Of a stretch of 64,000 nt of DNA, positions 9,820 to 21,080 are shown piece after piece. The stretch is from an uncultured Gammaproteobacteria bacterium (GTDB taxonomy: Bacteria; Patescibacteriota; Patescibacteriia; Magasanikbacterales; JBBTQS01), in the NCBI GenBank assembly GCA_964627525.1, contig CAZVIA010000004.1, positions 1,565 to 65,564 of the forward strand, read 5' to 3'. Position numbers and translations under genes: made by a program. The notes beneath the pieces were generated by a model. It made no database searches. It saw nothing but the letters and a program-made list of their open reading frames with translations, and was not told the origin of the DNA. The first letter of the stretch is position 1, and every line of letters begins with the position of its first letter.

Positions 9820-12800
9820 TTACTCTTTTACAAATCCTGTACCAGCTGGAATCCTTCGTCCAATAATCACGTTTTCTTTCAAACCTTCTAAGTAATCAAT
9901 CTTTCCTGTTACTGCAGCATTGATCAAGACTTTAGCAGTTTCTTGGAATGAAGCTGCTGACAAGAAACTTTGAGTAGACAAAGCAACACGAGAAATTCCC
10001 AAGAACAATTCATCAGCCAAAGCTGGTTTTTTAGATTTTTTCAAATCCAAGTTTGCCAAAAGAACTTGTGTTCGTTCAACAGTTTCACCTGGCAACAAAT
10101 CAGTATCACCAGCATCAGTAACCAACATACGAGAAAACATTTGTTTGATAATTACTTCAACATGTTTGTCATTCAATTTCTGTCCTTGTGAAGAATAAAT
10201 TTCCTGAATCTCTCTTAACACATAAACTTGCACAGCTTCTTTTCCTTTTAACTCATACAACTGATGAAGTTCCAAGTGTCCTTCTGTTAAAGCATCTCCA
10301 GTTGTCACTAAATCACCATTCTTAACAATAATTTTGTAACCAATTGGAATTACAAATTCTTTTTCATGCGTACCTTCATAAACCAAAAACATTTTACGTT
10401 TTTCAATTCTAATTGTACCTGCTGATGGAGATCTGTTTTCTTCACCTTCTGCAGTGACAAACAACATCTGATCTTTATCAACACTATCACCATCTTTTAC
10501 TTGCACATCATCTTTAACACGAACTTTATAAACTTGCTCATCAACACCTTCATACTGAACTTTAACAATTTTTTGACCACGTCGTCCTTCAAAAATTCTG
10601 CGACCACTTGGTGATTCAATTACACGCCCTTCTGCTGATTCAATTTGCACTGTTCCAGAAACATCTGTAACAAATGCTTTTTTCTTTGGCATGCGAGCCT
10701 CAAATAATTCTTCAACACGAGGCAAACCTTGTGTAATATCTTGACCAGCCACACCACCAGTATGGAAAGTTCTCATAGTCAGCTGCGTACCAGGCTCACC
10801 AATTGATTGAGCAGCAATAATTCCAACTGCTGTTCCCATTTCAACAGGTTTGTTTGATGCCAAATCAACACCATAGCATTTTTGACAAACACCCTTAGGC
10901 AAATCACACAACAAAACAGTTCGCACTTTAACTTCTTCAACTCCTTCAGCATCAATTTGACGAGACTGTTCTTCAGTAATCATGTCCCCAGCTCTTGCTA
11001 AAATCTTTTTGGACTTAGGTTTTTTCACATCTTCCAAAACATATCTACCACGGACACGTTCCATCAAAGTTTCTCCCATTACTTTTTCACTTTCTTCACG
11101 AGTGATTATAATTCCAGCTTCAGTACCACAATCTTCTTTCAAAATTACAACGTCTTGTGACACATCAACTAAACGACGAGTCAAATAACCAGCGTTCGCA
11201 GTACGCAAAGCAGTATCAGTCAAACCTTTACGCACACCATGACTTGAAATAAAGAATTCAAGAACTGAAAACCCTTCTTTAAAGTTTCCCTTAACAGGTA
11301 GCTCAATAATTTCACCAGCAGGGTTACTAACCAAACCTTTCATTCCAATAACCTGACCCAACTGACCCCATGATCCACGAGCACCAGATTCAATCATGGC
11401 ATGTACCGGACCATTTTGTTTAAGCACCTTGTTACTTTCTTTCAAAACACTATCTTTAACATCTGTCCAAATTCCAATAATTTTTGTGTATCTTTCATTT
11501 TGAGTAAGCAAACCTTCTTGATACTGTTCCTCAACTTCTGCAATTTTGAGATCTCCCTGACTAACAATATCTTTTTTCTCATGAACAAAAGGAAAATCAT
11601 CCATACCCAAAGAGTAACCAGATTTTGTTACATACTTAAAACCAAGTGCTTTCATTTTATCCAAAGTAGTAGAAGTTGTTCTTTCATCATATAACTCCAA
11701 AACCAAACGCACGATTTCTGCTAATTTTTTACCAGTCACAACTTCATTATACCAAGGCAACTTCTCTGGCAAAACACTATTAAATAAAATTCTACCAACT
11801 GTTGTAACTTTTCTTTCTTCCTCAAACGCAACTTCAATTGGTTCTTGCAAACTAATTTTTCTCATCTTATACGCAAGCTTAGCATCTTTAGGTGATGAAA
11901 ATCTTTTGATCTTTTCTTTATCTGCTTTTTCAACACTTGGGTTATCACTTGTTAGATAAAAACACCCAAGAGTAATATCTTGTTTAGGAGTAGCAATCGG
12001 GTTACCAGTAGCTGGTTTCAAAATATTTGTTTCAGCAGCCATCAAATTATTAGCTTCCCATTTTGCTTGTTCAGTCAAAGGAACATGCACAGCCATTTGG
12101 TCTCCATCAAAGTCAGCATTAAAAGCTGTACAAACCAAAGGATGAATTCTAATTGCCTTACCCTCAATCAATCTTGGTCTAAAAGCTTGAATACCAAGTC
12201 TGTGCAAAGTAGGAGCACGGTTTAACAACACACGTGCATCGTCATCCATAATTATTTCTTCCAAAATATCCCAAACCTCATCATGATCTGCTTCAATATA
12301 ACGTGAGGCACTTCTAATATTATGAGCATAACCTCTTTCAATAACTTTACTCATAACAAATGGTTTGAATAATTCCAACGCCATGCGTTTTGGCAAACCA
12401 CACTCACTCATGTTCATGTTTGGACCAACAACAATCACAGAACGACCAGAATAATCTGTTCTCTTACCAAGCAAGTTAGATCTAAAACGACCTTGTTTAC
12501 CTTTTAGGTTGTCTGCAATACTTCTCAACTTACGACGCTGTCCAGTTGAAGCTGTAACTGTTTTACTTCTACGCGCATCATTGTCAATCAAAGCATCAAC
12601 TGCTTCTTGCAACATTCTACGCTCGTTTCTTGTAATAACTTCTGGAGCATTTAAATCTAACAATCTTTTCAAACGATTGTTTCTATTAATCACACGCCTA
12701 TACAAATCATTTAAATCTGAAGTTGCAAAACGACCACCATCCAAAGCTACCATTGGACGCAAGTCTGGTGGAATAACAGGAATTGCATGTAAGATTGTCC

Positions 12801-13683
12801 AATGAGGTCTTATGTCATTTAAGCTCAAACTTTTTAACAACTTCACACGACGAATTAATTTATCGCGCTTTGCTGTTTTATTAGTTTTAATATCTTCCTC
12901 CAAAACTTCAATTGTTTTTTCAACATTTAATCTTTTCAATAAATACTCAATTGCCCCAGCTCCAATTTGTGCATCAAAAATATGCCCATATCGCAATGAC
13001 AATTCTTGAAAACCATTTTCAGACAAAAGTTTCAACGGAACAATTTCTTTTAACTCGCGCTCTGCATTTGAAAAATCATCTTCCAAAGAATCCATTTTCT
13101 CATCCATTTCCTTTTCAATGTTTTTAATATCTTTTGGACTTTCTACTTGAGCTTTCTTTTGCTTCAACTGATTCATTATTTGCTTGCGCTTGCTTTTGTA
13201 TTCATCCTTCAACTGATCTATTGTTTCTTTTTTCAAATCTTCATTAACATCAGTTACAATAAAATTCGCAAAGTAAATAACTTTTTCCAACATCTGAATT
13301 GATAAATCTAACACTGTTCCAATTTTTGAAGGAATTGATCGCAAAAACCAAATGTGAGTAACTGGTGTAGCTAATTCAATATGACCCATTCGTTCACGAC
13401 GAACCAAAGAGTGTGTTACTTCAACACCACATTTGTCACAAACTATTCCTTTGTAACGAACTTTTTTATACTTACCACAATAACACTCCCAGTCTTTTGT
13501 AGGTCCAAAAATTTCTTCAGCAAACAAACCACCTTTTTCTGGTTTTTGTGTTCTGTAATTAATTGTTTCTGGTTTTGAAATTTCACCATTGGACCAACTG
13601 CGAATAACTTCTGGAGAAGCAATACGCAAACGCATTGCATCAAATTCCATTGTGTGAAGATTGTCTTTTGTTAAGTTAGGCAT
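9820..13683 (-). CDS. rpoC: DNA-directed RNA polymerase subunit beta'
   Basis: It has the NADFDGDQM catalytic motif, a zinc-binding N-terminus and a 1287-aa length. Confidence 0.95.
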   Translation of the reverse strand: MPNLTKDNLHTMEFDAMRLRIASPEVIRSWSNGEISKPETINYRTQKPEKGGLFAEEIFGPTKDWECYCGKYKKVRYKGIVCDKCGVEVTHSLVRRERMGHIELATPVTHIWFLRSIPSKIGTVLDLSIQMLEKVIYFANFIVTDVNEDLKKETIDQLKDEYKSKRKQIMNQLKQKKAQVESPKDIKNIEKEMDEKMDSLEDDFSNAERELKEIVPLKLLSENGFQELSLRYGHIFDAQIGAGAIEYLLKRLNVEKTIEVLEEDIKTNKTAKRDKLIRRVKLLKSLSLNDIRPHWTILHAIPVIPPDLRPMVALDGGRFATSDLNDLYRRVINRNNRLKRLLDLNAPEVITRNERRMLQEAVDALIDNDARRSKTVTASTGQRRKLRSIADNLKGKQGRFRSNLLGKRTDYSGRSVIVVGPNMNMSECGLPKRMALELFKPFVMSKVIERGYAHNIRSASRYIEADHDEVWDILEEIIMDDDARVLLNRAPTLHRLGIQAFRPRLIEGKAIRIHPLVCTAFNADFDGDQMAVHVPLTEQAKWEANNLMAAETNILKPATGNPIATPKQDITLGCFYLTSDNPSVEKADKEKIKRFSSPKDAKLAYKMRKISLQEPIEVAFEEERKVTTVGRILFNSVLPEKLPWYNEVVTGKKLAEIVRLVLELYDERTTSTTLDKMKALGFKYVTKSGYSLGMDDFPFVHEKKDIVSQGDLKIAEVEEQYQEGLLTQNERYTKIIGIWTDVKDSVLKESNKVLKQNGPVHAMIESGARGSWGQLGQVIGMKGLVSNPAGEIIELPVKGNFKEGFSVLEFFISSHGVRKGLTDTALRTANAGYLTRRLVDVSQDVVILKEDCGTEAGIIITREESEKVMGETLMERVRGRYVLEDVKKPKSKKILARAGDMITEEQSRQIDAEGVEEVKVRTVLLCDLPKGVCQKCYGVDLASNKPVEMGTAVGIIAAQSIGEPGTQLTMRTFHTGGVAGQDITQGLPRVEELFEARMPKKKAFVTDVSGTVQIESAEGRVIESPSGRRIFEGRRGQKIVKVQYEGVDEQVYKVRVKDDVQVKDGDSVDKDQMLFVTAEGEENRSPSAGTIRIEKRKMFLVYEGTHEKEFVIPIGYKIIVKNGDLVTTGDALTEGHLELHQLYELKGKEAVQVYVLREIQEIYSSQGQKLNDKHVEVIIKQMFSRMLVTDAGDTDLLPGETVERTQVLLANLDLKKSKKPALADELFLGISRVALSTQSFLSAASFQETAKVLINAAVTGKIDYLEGLKENVIIGRRIPAGTGFVKE

Positions 13684-13694
13684 ATTTGTAGAAA

Positions 13695-16600
13695 TTATTC
13701 TTTATCTTTCTTTTCTGGCTCTGACTTTTTTTCTGGTGGATCAGAATCTTCTTCTTCCTCTTCTATATCTTCCAGATCTTCAAGACGTATGTACTGACCT
13801 TTTTGTTTTTTAAGTAACTCCACATCAAGACACAACCCTTTAAGCTCGCGCGTTAGAACGTGAAATGATTCTGGAATATTAATTTTTGTAATTGGCTCTC
13901 CTTTAATAATTGACTCATAAGCCTTACTTCTACCAGGAACATCATCAGATTTAATTGTCAAAATTTCTTGCAAAGTTTGCGAAGCACCATAAGCCTCCAA
14001 AGCCCAAACTTCCATTTCTCCAAATCTCTGACCACCAAACTGTGCTTTACCACCAAGTGGCTGTTGTGAAATCAAACTGTATGGCCCAATTGAACGTTGG
14101 TGAATTTTATCTTCAACCATGTGGTTCAATTTCAACATATATGTATAACCAACTGTTGTTTTGTGATCAAAAGCTTCACCAGTACGACCATCATATAATT
14201 GTGATTGACCATCAGCTGAAAAACCATTTTCCTCAAGCAATTCTTTAATCTTTGTTTCTGGAATTCCATTCAAAGGAGGTGTAGCAACACGGACTCCCAT
14301 TGAGTTTGCAGCCAAACCAATATGTGTTTCCAAAACCTGCCCAAGGTTCATACGAGAAATAACTCCCAAAGGACTTAAAATAATATCCACTGGAGTACCA
14401 TCTTCTAAAAATGGCATATCACCCGCTGGAACTACTTTTGAAATAACACCCTTGTTACCGTGACGTCCTGCCATTTTATCTCCAACTTGAATTTTACGAA
14501 GATCAGCAACAGTAACTTGAATTTGTTTAATCACTCCAGGCTGCAACTTGTCTCCTTCTTCTGCTGAAAAAACTTTTACATCAATTACTTTTCCATGTTC
14601 ACCATGTTCTAAGTATTTTGAAGAGTCACGAACATCACGAGCTTTTTCTCCAAAAATCGCTCGCAACAATTTTTCTTCTGCTGAAAGTTCAGTTTCACCC
14701 TTAGGAGTAATTTTTCCAACCAAGATGTCACCTGATTTTACTTCAGCACCAATTCGCACAACTCCTTCTGAATCTAAGTTTTTTAATTTTTCTTCACTTA
14801 CGTTTGGAATATCTGATGTTACAACTTCTGGTCCTAATTTTGTTTCTCGTACATCAATCACATAATCTTCAATATGAACTGAAGTGTATCTATCATCATG
14901 TACCAAACGTTCTGAAATAATTACAGCATCCTCATAATTGTACCCATCCCAAACCATGTATGCTACCAAAATATTTTGACCTAAAGCCAACTCACCATTT
15001 TCAGTTGAAGGACCATCGGCCATCACATCGTCTTTTTTAACTTTTTGACCGGTCTTTACAATTGGTCTTTGGTTAATTGATGTTGAATGGTTTGAGCGAA
15101 CAAATTTATTTAAGTAATAAGTTTTTTCACCAACTTTTTTTCCATAATCAACTATGATATGCCCACTATCAACTTCTTTTACTTTTCCGGTTGCTTCTGC
15201 CAAAATCACATGACCTGAATCTTTTGCAGCTGCATACTCAAGGCCAGTTCCAACCATTGGAGAGTCTGGAGAAATACAAGGCACTGCCTGACGTTGCATG
15301 TTTGTTCCCATAAGAGCACGCGTTGCATCATCATGTTCTAAAAATGGAATCATACCAGTTGCAATTGAAATAATCTGATTTGACGCAACGTCCATGTAAT
15401 CAATTTTATCTACATCTTCAAATCCCGGAACTCCGTGTTTTCGCACGGCAGTTTTTTCATTTATAAAATATCCATTTTCATCAATCGCAGTTGTCGCACT
15501 AACTGTTGTAGATTTTTCTTCTTGAAAAGCATTTAAATACTCAATCTCATTTGTAACTTTTGGTCGTCCATTTTCATCCTTAATAATTTTTCTATAAGGA
15601 GTTTCAATAAAACCAAAATCATTTACAATTGCATATGATGCCAAGTGACCAACCAAACCAATGTTCGGTCCTTCAGGAGTTGCAATTGGACAAATACGAC
15701 CATAGTGAGTTGTGTGTACATCACGAACATCAAATCCCGCACGATCTCTAGACAAACCTCCAGGCCCTAAAGCTGAAAGACGTCGCTTGTGTTCTAACTC
15801 TGCCAAAGGATTTGTTTGATCCATAAATTGTGAAAGCTGTGATGACATAAAAAACTCTCGCACAGCTCCAATAACAGGTCGCGCATTTATTAATTTACTT
15901 GGCGTCAAAGAATCCAACTCATAAGTACTCATTCTATCTTTAACAATTCTTTCCATTCTTGAAAGACCAACACGAAATCTATTTTGTACTAACTCACCAA
16001 TCGCACGAATACGACGATTACCTAAGTGATCAATATCATCCGCTTCTTCTTGAGTAACATTTAAACGAATTACTTCTTTAATAATCATTAACAAATCTTC
16101 CCTGCGCAAAATTCTTGTTTCACGAATATTTTTTCCCTCAAGATCTTCTGGAGTACTTTCAATTCCAAAACGTCCATTCATTTTGTATCGCCCTACCCTA
16201 CCCAAATCATAACGATCAAAATTAAAAAACATTGCATGAATAAGCGAACGCGCATTATCAACTGTTGCCAAATCACCTGGACGAATTCTTTTGTAAACTT
16301 CTTGCAACCCCTCTTCTTCATTTGCAGTGTGATCTTTTTTCAAAGTTGATTCAATATAATCAATTTGTGGATGAGTGTTAACCTCATTAAGTAACTCACG
16401 AAGTTGTTCTGTTTCTGAAAAACCAAATGCGCGCAACAACGAAGTGATTGCAATTTTTCTTTTACGATCAACTTTTGCCCAAAGCACATTATTGCTATCT
16501 GTTTCAATTTCAATCCAAGCTCCACGGTTTGGAATAATTTTTGCTCCATAGTGCCTTCTACCGCGTACATTTTCTGAAGTAAAAAATACACCAGGACTTC

Positions 16601-17018
16601 TAATCAATTGAGAAACAATTACACGTTCAATTCCATTTACAACAAAAGTTCCTCTTTCAGTCATCAGAGGAATATCACCAAGATAAACTTCCTGACTTTT
16701 TTCTTCTTTTGTTCTGTTGTTTACCAAACGAGCTTTTACACGAATAGGTGCCTCATAAGTAATATTCTTTTTTCTACAAGTCACTTCATCAAATTTTGGC
16801 TCATCAAAATAATATTCTTCAAAATAAAGTTCCAAATCACGACCTGTAAAATCGTTAATTGGTGAGACTTCATCAAACAATTCTTTGATTCCAGTTTCAA
16901 AAAACCATTTATACGAAGTTTTTTGGATTTGAGTAAGGTCTGGCAAATCCATAGCAGGAAGCATGTCTGTGAAAAACTTTCTGTCAGGAGCCAATTCTTT
17001 TGTTCTTTTAAATGTCAT
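13695..17018 (-). CDS. rpoB: DNA-directed RNA polymerase subunit beta
   Basis: RpoB motifs are conserved throughout the 1107 aa, and it sits immediately upstream of rpoC. Confidence 0.95.
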   Translation of the reverse strand: MTFKRTKELAPDRKFFTDMLPAMDLPDLTQIQKTSYKWFFETGIKELFDEVSPINDFTGRDLELYFEEYYFDEPKFDEVTCRKKNITYEAPIRVKARLVNNRTKEEKSQEVYLGDIPLMTERGTFVVNGIERVIVSQLIRSPGVFFTSENVRGRRHYGAKIIPNRGAWIEIETDSNNVLWAKVDRKRKIAITSLLRAFGFSETEQLRELLNEVNTHPQIDYIESTLKKDHTANEEEGLQEVYKRIRPGDLATVDNARSLIHAMFFNFDRYDLGRVGRYKMNGRFGIESTPEDLEGKNIRETRILRREDLLMIIKEVIRLNVTQEEADDIDHLGNRRIRAIGELVQNRFRVGLSRMERIVKDRMSTYELDSLTPSKLINARPVIGAVREFFMSSQLSQFMDQTNPLAELEHKRRLSALGPGGLSRDRAGFDVRDVHTTHYGRICPIATPEGPNIGLVGHLASYAIVNDFGFIETPYRKIIKDENGRPKVTNEIEYLNAFQEEKSTTVSATTAIDENGYFINEKTAVRKHGVPGFEDVDKIDYMDVASNQIISIATGMIPFLEHDDATRALMGTNMQRQAVPCISPDSPMVGTGLEYAAAKDSGHVILAEATGKVKEVDSGHIIVDYGKKVGEKTYYLNKFVRSNHSTSINQRPIVKTGQKVKKDDVMADGPSTENGELALGQNILVAYMVWDGYNYEDAVIISERLVHDDRYTSVHIEDYVIDVRETKLGPEVVTSDIPNVSEEKLKNLDSEGVVRIGAEVKSGDILVGKITPKGETELSAEEKLLRAIFGEKARDVRDSSKYLEHGEHGKVIDVKVFSAEEGDKLQPGVIKQIQVTVADLRKIQVGDKMAGRHGNKGVISKVVPAGDMPFLEDGTPVDIILSPLGVISRMNLGQVLETHIGLAANSMGVRVATPPLNGIPETKIKELLEENGFSADGQSQLYDGRTGEAFDHKTTVGYTYMLKLNHMVEDKIHQRSIGPYSLISQQPLGGKAQFGGQRFGEMEVWALEAYGASQTLQEILTIKSDDVPGRSKAYESIIKGEPITKINIPESFHVLTRELKGLCLDVELLKKQKGQYIRLEDLEDIEEEEEDSDPPEKKSEPEKKDKE

Positions 17019-17325
17019 AGTTTTTATAAAACAAAAAACCTTCCCAAGTGATTTTGGGAGATCTTATGATGTGTAAGGGATTGATAATTTTACTAAATAT
17101 TGCAAGGGAGTCATGGGGTTGTTGATACCTTGCACGCAGTAATACTAATGAGAACCGCGAGTCCGGCGCTAGTATAGCTTACTTATCAACACATGTCAAA
17201 TTTTATGAGCTTGTCAAGGGTGTGTAAATTTTAGCTAATTTTAGCTAAATTCTAGGTTTTCTATAAAAATCCTAAAAACTTATGTACAACTTATCCCCAG
17301 AATAGTGCTTAAACAACCTAAAGAC

Positions 17326-17357
17326 TTGACAAAACCTAACAAATATGTTATATTTTA
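17326..17357 (+). promoter_or_regulatory. Sigma70-like promoter (TTGACA-N17-TATATT)
   Basis: A consensus -35 sits at 17326-17331, followed by a 17-nt spacer and a near-consensus -10. A second extended -10 (TGTTATAAT) lies at about 17413-17421 before a small ORF. Confidence 0.4.
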
Positions 17358-17428
17358 TTGTCTGGCGGAACAGTACAACCTTCATTGGCTACACTGAACC
17401 AAAAGAAAAAAGTGTTATAATCCCAGTA

Positions 17429-17590
17429 TATGAAGAATTTTTCCAAAAAAATCACAATTACTGGCGATGCAGATACTTTGAAAAAAACAAGAGCAGGTTT
17501 TCATAAAAAAACCCAAAAGCACGCTACAAATAAACAAGATCGCCAAAAAATCAAGCAAAATACTAAAAAAATGCTTGAAGAATCTCAATA
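17429..17590 (+). CDS. Small Lys-rich protein (53 aa), hypothetical
   Basis: The ORF runs from ATG to TAA and is preceded by an extended -10. It is not in the ORF track because it is under 60 aa. No homology is recognised. Confidence 0.25.
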
Positions 17591-17611
17591 AACCGCAAAA
17601 ATTAACAGAAA

Positions 17612-18035
17612 TAAACGCGGAGGGGAGAGGGTTGTGTCTTTAGCTTAATGCATTAGACATAATTTTGTGACTGTTGCAGGAATATTACGGCCATGGCTGC
17701 AATATTATCTACAGCACCACAGTTTGTACGACAGGACTTGGTTTTACCAAACACCATTGTACTCTCCCTCCACGTTTGCATCTGTTAAACTTGTCGCGCT
17801 TGACACTAACGTCGATTGTATCCATACTAAGGAGGCAACGGCGTTTTTTGTTTAATCTATTTATTTAAAATCTTCGTTTGAGGGCTGCGGATGAACATAT
17901 ACAACAGCCATACACAGGTTGAGACAGCAAAACTCTCTCCTCACTTTGATCCTTTGGATCAAGGTAGCTATCTCCCTATGCATGGCTATAACCGTATGAT
18001 GTTTTGTTCGCAGCCCTGATGCGGAGATTTTTTAA
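17612..18035. ncRNA. Two G+C-rich, ORF-free, stem-rich segments (about 17612-17775 and 17880-18035); candidate structured RNA(s) of unknown class
   Basis: In segment 1, gggagag at about 17625 pairs with ctctccc at about 17756. In segment 2, gggctgcg at about 17883 pairs with cgcagccc at about 18021, and acagccat pairs with atggctat. Both segments contain several internal hairpins, have no ORF of 60 aa or more, and are G+C-enriched relative to the flanks. Confidence 0.25.
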
Positions 18036-18064
18036 TTGATTTTTGCTATAATGAATCACGAACT

Positions 18065-20371
18065 ATGGCAAAACGCCGACGTCAAAAAAAGAAAGAGTCT
18101 TGGTGGGGGTCTGCACTAAATCCTGAAATCAAACGAGGGGTTGTAGCGGTCTTTTTGTTTATACTAGCAATACTTGCTGGCTTAAGCTTTTTTGGTTTAG
18201 CTGGACTGCTCGGACAATTTATTAACGACTTATTTTCTATATTATTTGGTGTTGCAAAATATGCAATGCCTATTTTACTTGTGATCTGGGCAATTTTAAT
18301 TGAACGTGAGGATGAATACGAGTATAGACCTACACATGTAATCGGAGTTATATTAACTGCTTTGTGTGTAACTAGTTTAATTCATTTGTTTTTAGGTGGT
18401 GAAGATAAAATTGCAACAGCTTTAATTGGACAAGGTGGTGGTTTATTTGGCCTAGCACTAAGTTATCCTCTGGGAATGGCTTTTGATTTTTGGGTAACAC
18501 TTGTAATCCTAGTTGCTTTGTTAATGATGGCTTTGTTGTTTTTGTTTAATACTTCCCTTACTGCAATCTTTGACACACAACTTTGGTTTATTGAAATTAT
18601 AAAACGCATTGGATCATGGTTTGTTCGCTTAATTGGAATAATTTTTAGAATTGATCGCTTAAGAGTTTTTGGTGCTTATGAGGATGGCGACGATGAATCA
18701 GGTTTTTCACAAAAACGTCTTGGAGAAAACAATGAAATGGAAGATGCTTTTGAAGATGAAGAAGATTATGATGAGGATGATGAAGAAGATGACTCTGAAA
18801 GTGGTCGCAAAAAAACTCCTCGCAAAAATCCTTTCAAACTTACAAGCATAAAAGGTTTGCCTCCTTTAGATTTATTATCTAGCAACTCAAGCAAACCAAC
18901 TTCAGGAGATATTAAATCAAATGCACAAGTTATAAAAGAAACACTAGATCACTTTGGAATTGAAATTGATTTAGGTGATGTGCGAGTTGGCCCAACTGTT
19001 ACTCAATATACAATTAAGCCTTTGCGTGGAACAAAACTATCTCGCATCACTGGTCTATCTAATGACTTGGCTTTGGAATTAGCAGCACACCCAATTCGTA
19101 TTGAAGCTCCAATCCCTGGTAAGTCTTTGGTTGGAATTGAAGTTCCAAATCAAAAAATTGCAATGGTAACTTTAAAAGAATTATTAAGTGCACCTCCTTT
19201 TAAGGAACGCGAACACAACATGATGGTTGCTCTAGGTAAAGATGTTGCTGGTCATGTGTGGTTTGCTGATTTGCCAAAAATGCCACACATGTTAGTTGCA
19301 GGTGCAACTGGTTCTGGTAAAACAGTTTGTTTAAACACAATTATTTTGAGTTTGTTATATCAAAATACACCAGACATGTTGCGATTTATTTTTGTTGATC
19401 CAAAAAGAGTTGAGTTAACAATGTACAATGGAATTCCACACTTGCTTACACCAGTAATCACAGATGTGAAAAAAACAGTAAATGCTTTGCGCTGGACTAT
19501 CAATGAAATGGAACGTCGTTTTGATTTATTATCTAAATGTAAAAAACGAGACATTGGATCATACAATAAAACTGCCAAAGAAAAAATGCCTTACATAGTT
19601 TTTGTTGTTGATGAGTTGGCAGATTTAATGGCAACAAATGCACGCGATGTTGAAGCTGGAATTGTTCGGTTAGCACAAATGGCTCGTGCAGTTGGTATTC
19701 ACTTGATTTTGGCAACACAAAGACCAAGTGTTGATGTAATTACTGGTTTAATCAAAGCAAACATTCCAGCAAGAGTTGCATTTTCAGTTGCTTCTATAAC
19801 TGACTCTCGCACTATTTTAGATTGTGCTGGTGCAGATAAATTATTAGGACGCGGAGATATGCTGTTCTTAAGCCCTTCTTTGTCTAAGCCAAAACGACTA
19901 CAAGGTGCTTTTGTTTCAGACCATGAATTAAAAGGTGTTTCTAGATTTTTGAAAGATGATTATGTGCCTGAATATGATGATTCAATAGTTGAAAAAGGTG
20001 GTGGGTCTAGTGCTGGCAGTGCTTCTGTTTTTGGTGGTGGTGATGATCATGATGATTTATTTGAAGAAGCTCGTGATTTAATTATTGAAGCAGGAAAAGC
20101 TTCTGCATCATTTTTACAAAGAAGATTAAGAGTTGGTTATGCTCGTGCAGCTAGAATTTTGGATGAATTAGAAGAAGCTGGAATTGTTGGTCCTGCTCGT
20201 GGAGCAAAACCTCGTGAAATTTTAATAACTGAAAAAGTTATTGCAGAAGAAGATATTGTTGAAGTTGAGGAGGTGGATGGTGAGGAAGAATATGAAGAAG
20301 AGGACGAAGGCGATGATATGGGCGAAAAATATGAAGAGGATGAGGAAGAGGACGAAGAAGATAAATTATGA
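18065..20371 (+). CDS. ftsK: DNA translocase FtsK/SpoIIIE
   Basis: It has N-terminal transmembrane helices, a Walker A GATGSGKTVCLN, a winged-helix gamma domain (FLQRRLRVGYARAARILDELEEAGIV) and an unusual Glu/Asp-rich C-terminal tail. Confidence 0.9.
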   Translation: MAKRRRQKKKESWWGSALNPEIKRGVVAVFLFILAILAGLSFFGLAGLLGQFINDLFSILFGVAKYAMPILLVIWAILIEREDEYEYRPTHVIGVILTALCVTSLIHLFLGGEDKIATALIGQGGGLFGLALSYPLGMAFDFWVTLVILVALLMMALLFLFNTSLTAIFDTQLWFIEIIKRIGSWFVRLIGIIFRIDRLRVFGAYEDGDDESGFSQKRLGENNEMEDAFEDEEDYDEDDEEDDSESGRKKTPRKNPFKLTSIKGLPPLDLLSSNSSKPTSGDIKSNAQVIKETLDHFGIEIDLGDVRVGPTVTQYTIKPLRGTKLSRITGLSNDLALELAAHPIRIEAPIPGKSLVGIEVPNQKIAMVTLKELLSAPPFKEREHNMMVALGKDVAGHVWFADLPKMPHMLVAGATGSGKTVCLNTIILSLLYQNTPDMLRFIFVDPKRVELTMYNGIPHLLTPVITDVKKTVNALRWTINEMERRFDLLSKCKKRDIGSYNKTAKEKMPYIVFVVDELADLMATNARDVEAGIVRLAQMARAVGIHLILATQRPSVDVITGLIKANIPARVAFSVASITDSRTILDCAGADKLLGRGDMLFLSPSLSKPKRLQGAFVSDHELKGVSRFLKDDYVPEYDDSIVEKGGGSSAGSASVFGGGDDHDDLFEEARDLIIEAGKASASFLQRRLRVGYARAARILDELEEAGIVGPARGAKPREILITEKVIAEEDIVEVEEVDGEEEYEEEDEGDDMGEKYEEDEEEDEEDKL

Positions 20372-21009
20372 AACAAGAGCTTTGTGTTCGTATAAAAGCT
20401 CTTAGAAAATCTACAGGAGTTACCTTACATGAACTTTCAGAAAAAACTCATATCCCCTTGCATCATCTTAGGGCATTAGAAAAATGCGAGTATCATAAAT
20501 TACCAGAAGGTGTTTACCGCAAAGCATTGGTTAAAAAAATTGTTAAAGCTTTGGACTCAAAACCAGAAAGTTTTGTGAGTGATTTGGTGACACATGAATG
20601 TGAAACAAGTTGGAAAGAATGTGTCACACAAAAAAAATTCAACTTATCAACATTAGCTCGAGGTGCAGTGATTTTTTTAATTGTTGCTTTGGTTGGAAGT
20701 TATTTAGGAATGCATTTATACGGATTACTACGCTCACCTATTTTGGAAATCCAAGTACCAGCAGAAGGTCAGGTAGTTCACAACCCAATAATTGAAATTA
20801 AAGGCAAAACAGATTCTGGTACAAATATTCATATAAACGGGATAGAAGTTCTATCTTCTAACTCGGGAATTTTTGAGCAAGATGTGGCTTTACACGAAGG
20901 AAATAATGAAATTCTAATTGTGGCGAAGAAAAAACTTGGAGCTACAACTGAAATTGTGCGGTCAATAATTTTTGACCCAAAAAAAATTGAACTTGCGCCA
21001 GAGAAATAA
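20368..21009 (+). CDS. RodZ-like protein (XRE-type HTH, single transmembrane helix, C-terminal domain)
   Basis: It has an N-terminal HTH (IKALRKSTGVTLHELSEKTHIP) and one transmembrane helix. Its start codon overlaps the ftsK stop as ATGA. Confidence 0.55.
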   Translation: MKQELCVRIKALRKSTGVTLHELSEKTHIPLHHLRALEKCEYHKLPEGVYRKALVKKIVKALDSKPESFVSDLVTHECETSWKECVTQKKFNLSTLARGAVIFLIVALVGSYLGMHLYGLLRSPILEIQVPAEGQVVHNPIIEIKGKTDSGTNIHINGIEVLSSNSGIFEQDVALHEGNNEILIVAKKKLGATTEIVRSIIFDPKKIELAPEK

Positions 21010-21080
21010 GCAATGTAAAATACAATAACTTAAGAGGAAGGAGGGCTAGCCTCTTTTTCTAATACTTTTAAATAAAATAT

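Noticed and set aside
9970-16865. Multiple 60-105-aa ORFs antisense to or nested in rpoB and rpoC
   Set aside because: All lie inside the strongly conserved rpoB/rpoC reading frames, so they are shadow ORFs.
20137-20376. 79-aa poly-Ser ORF on the minus strand
   Set aside because: It is antisense to the GAA/GAG-rich acidic tail of ftsK. The serine run is simply the reverse complement of Glu codons, so it is not a gene.
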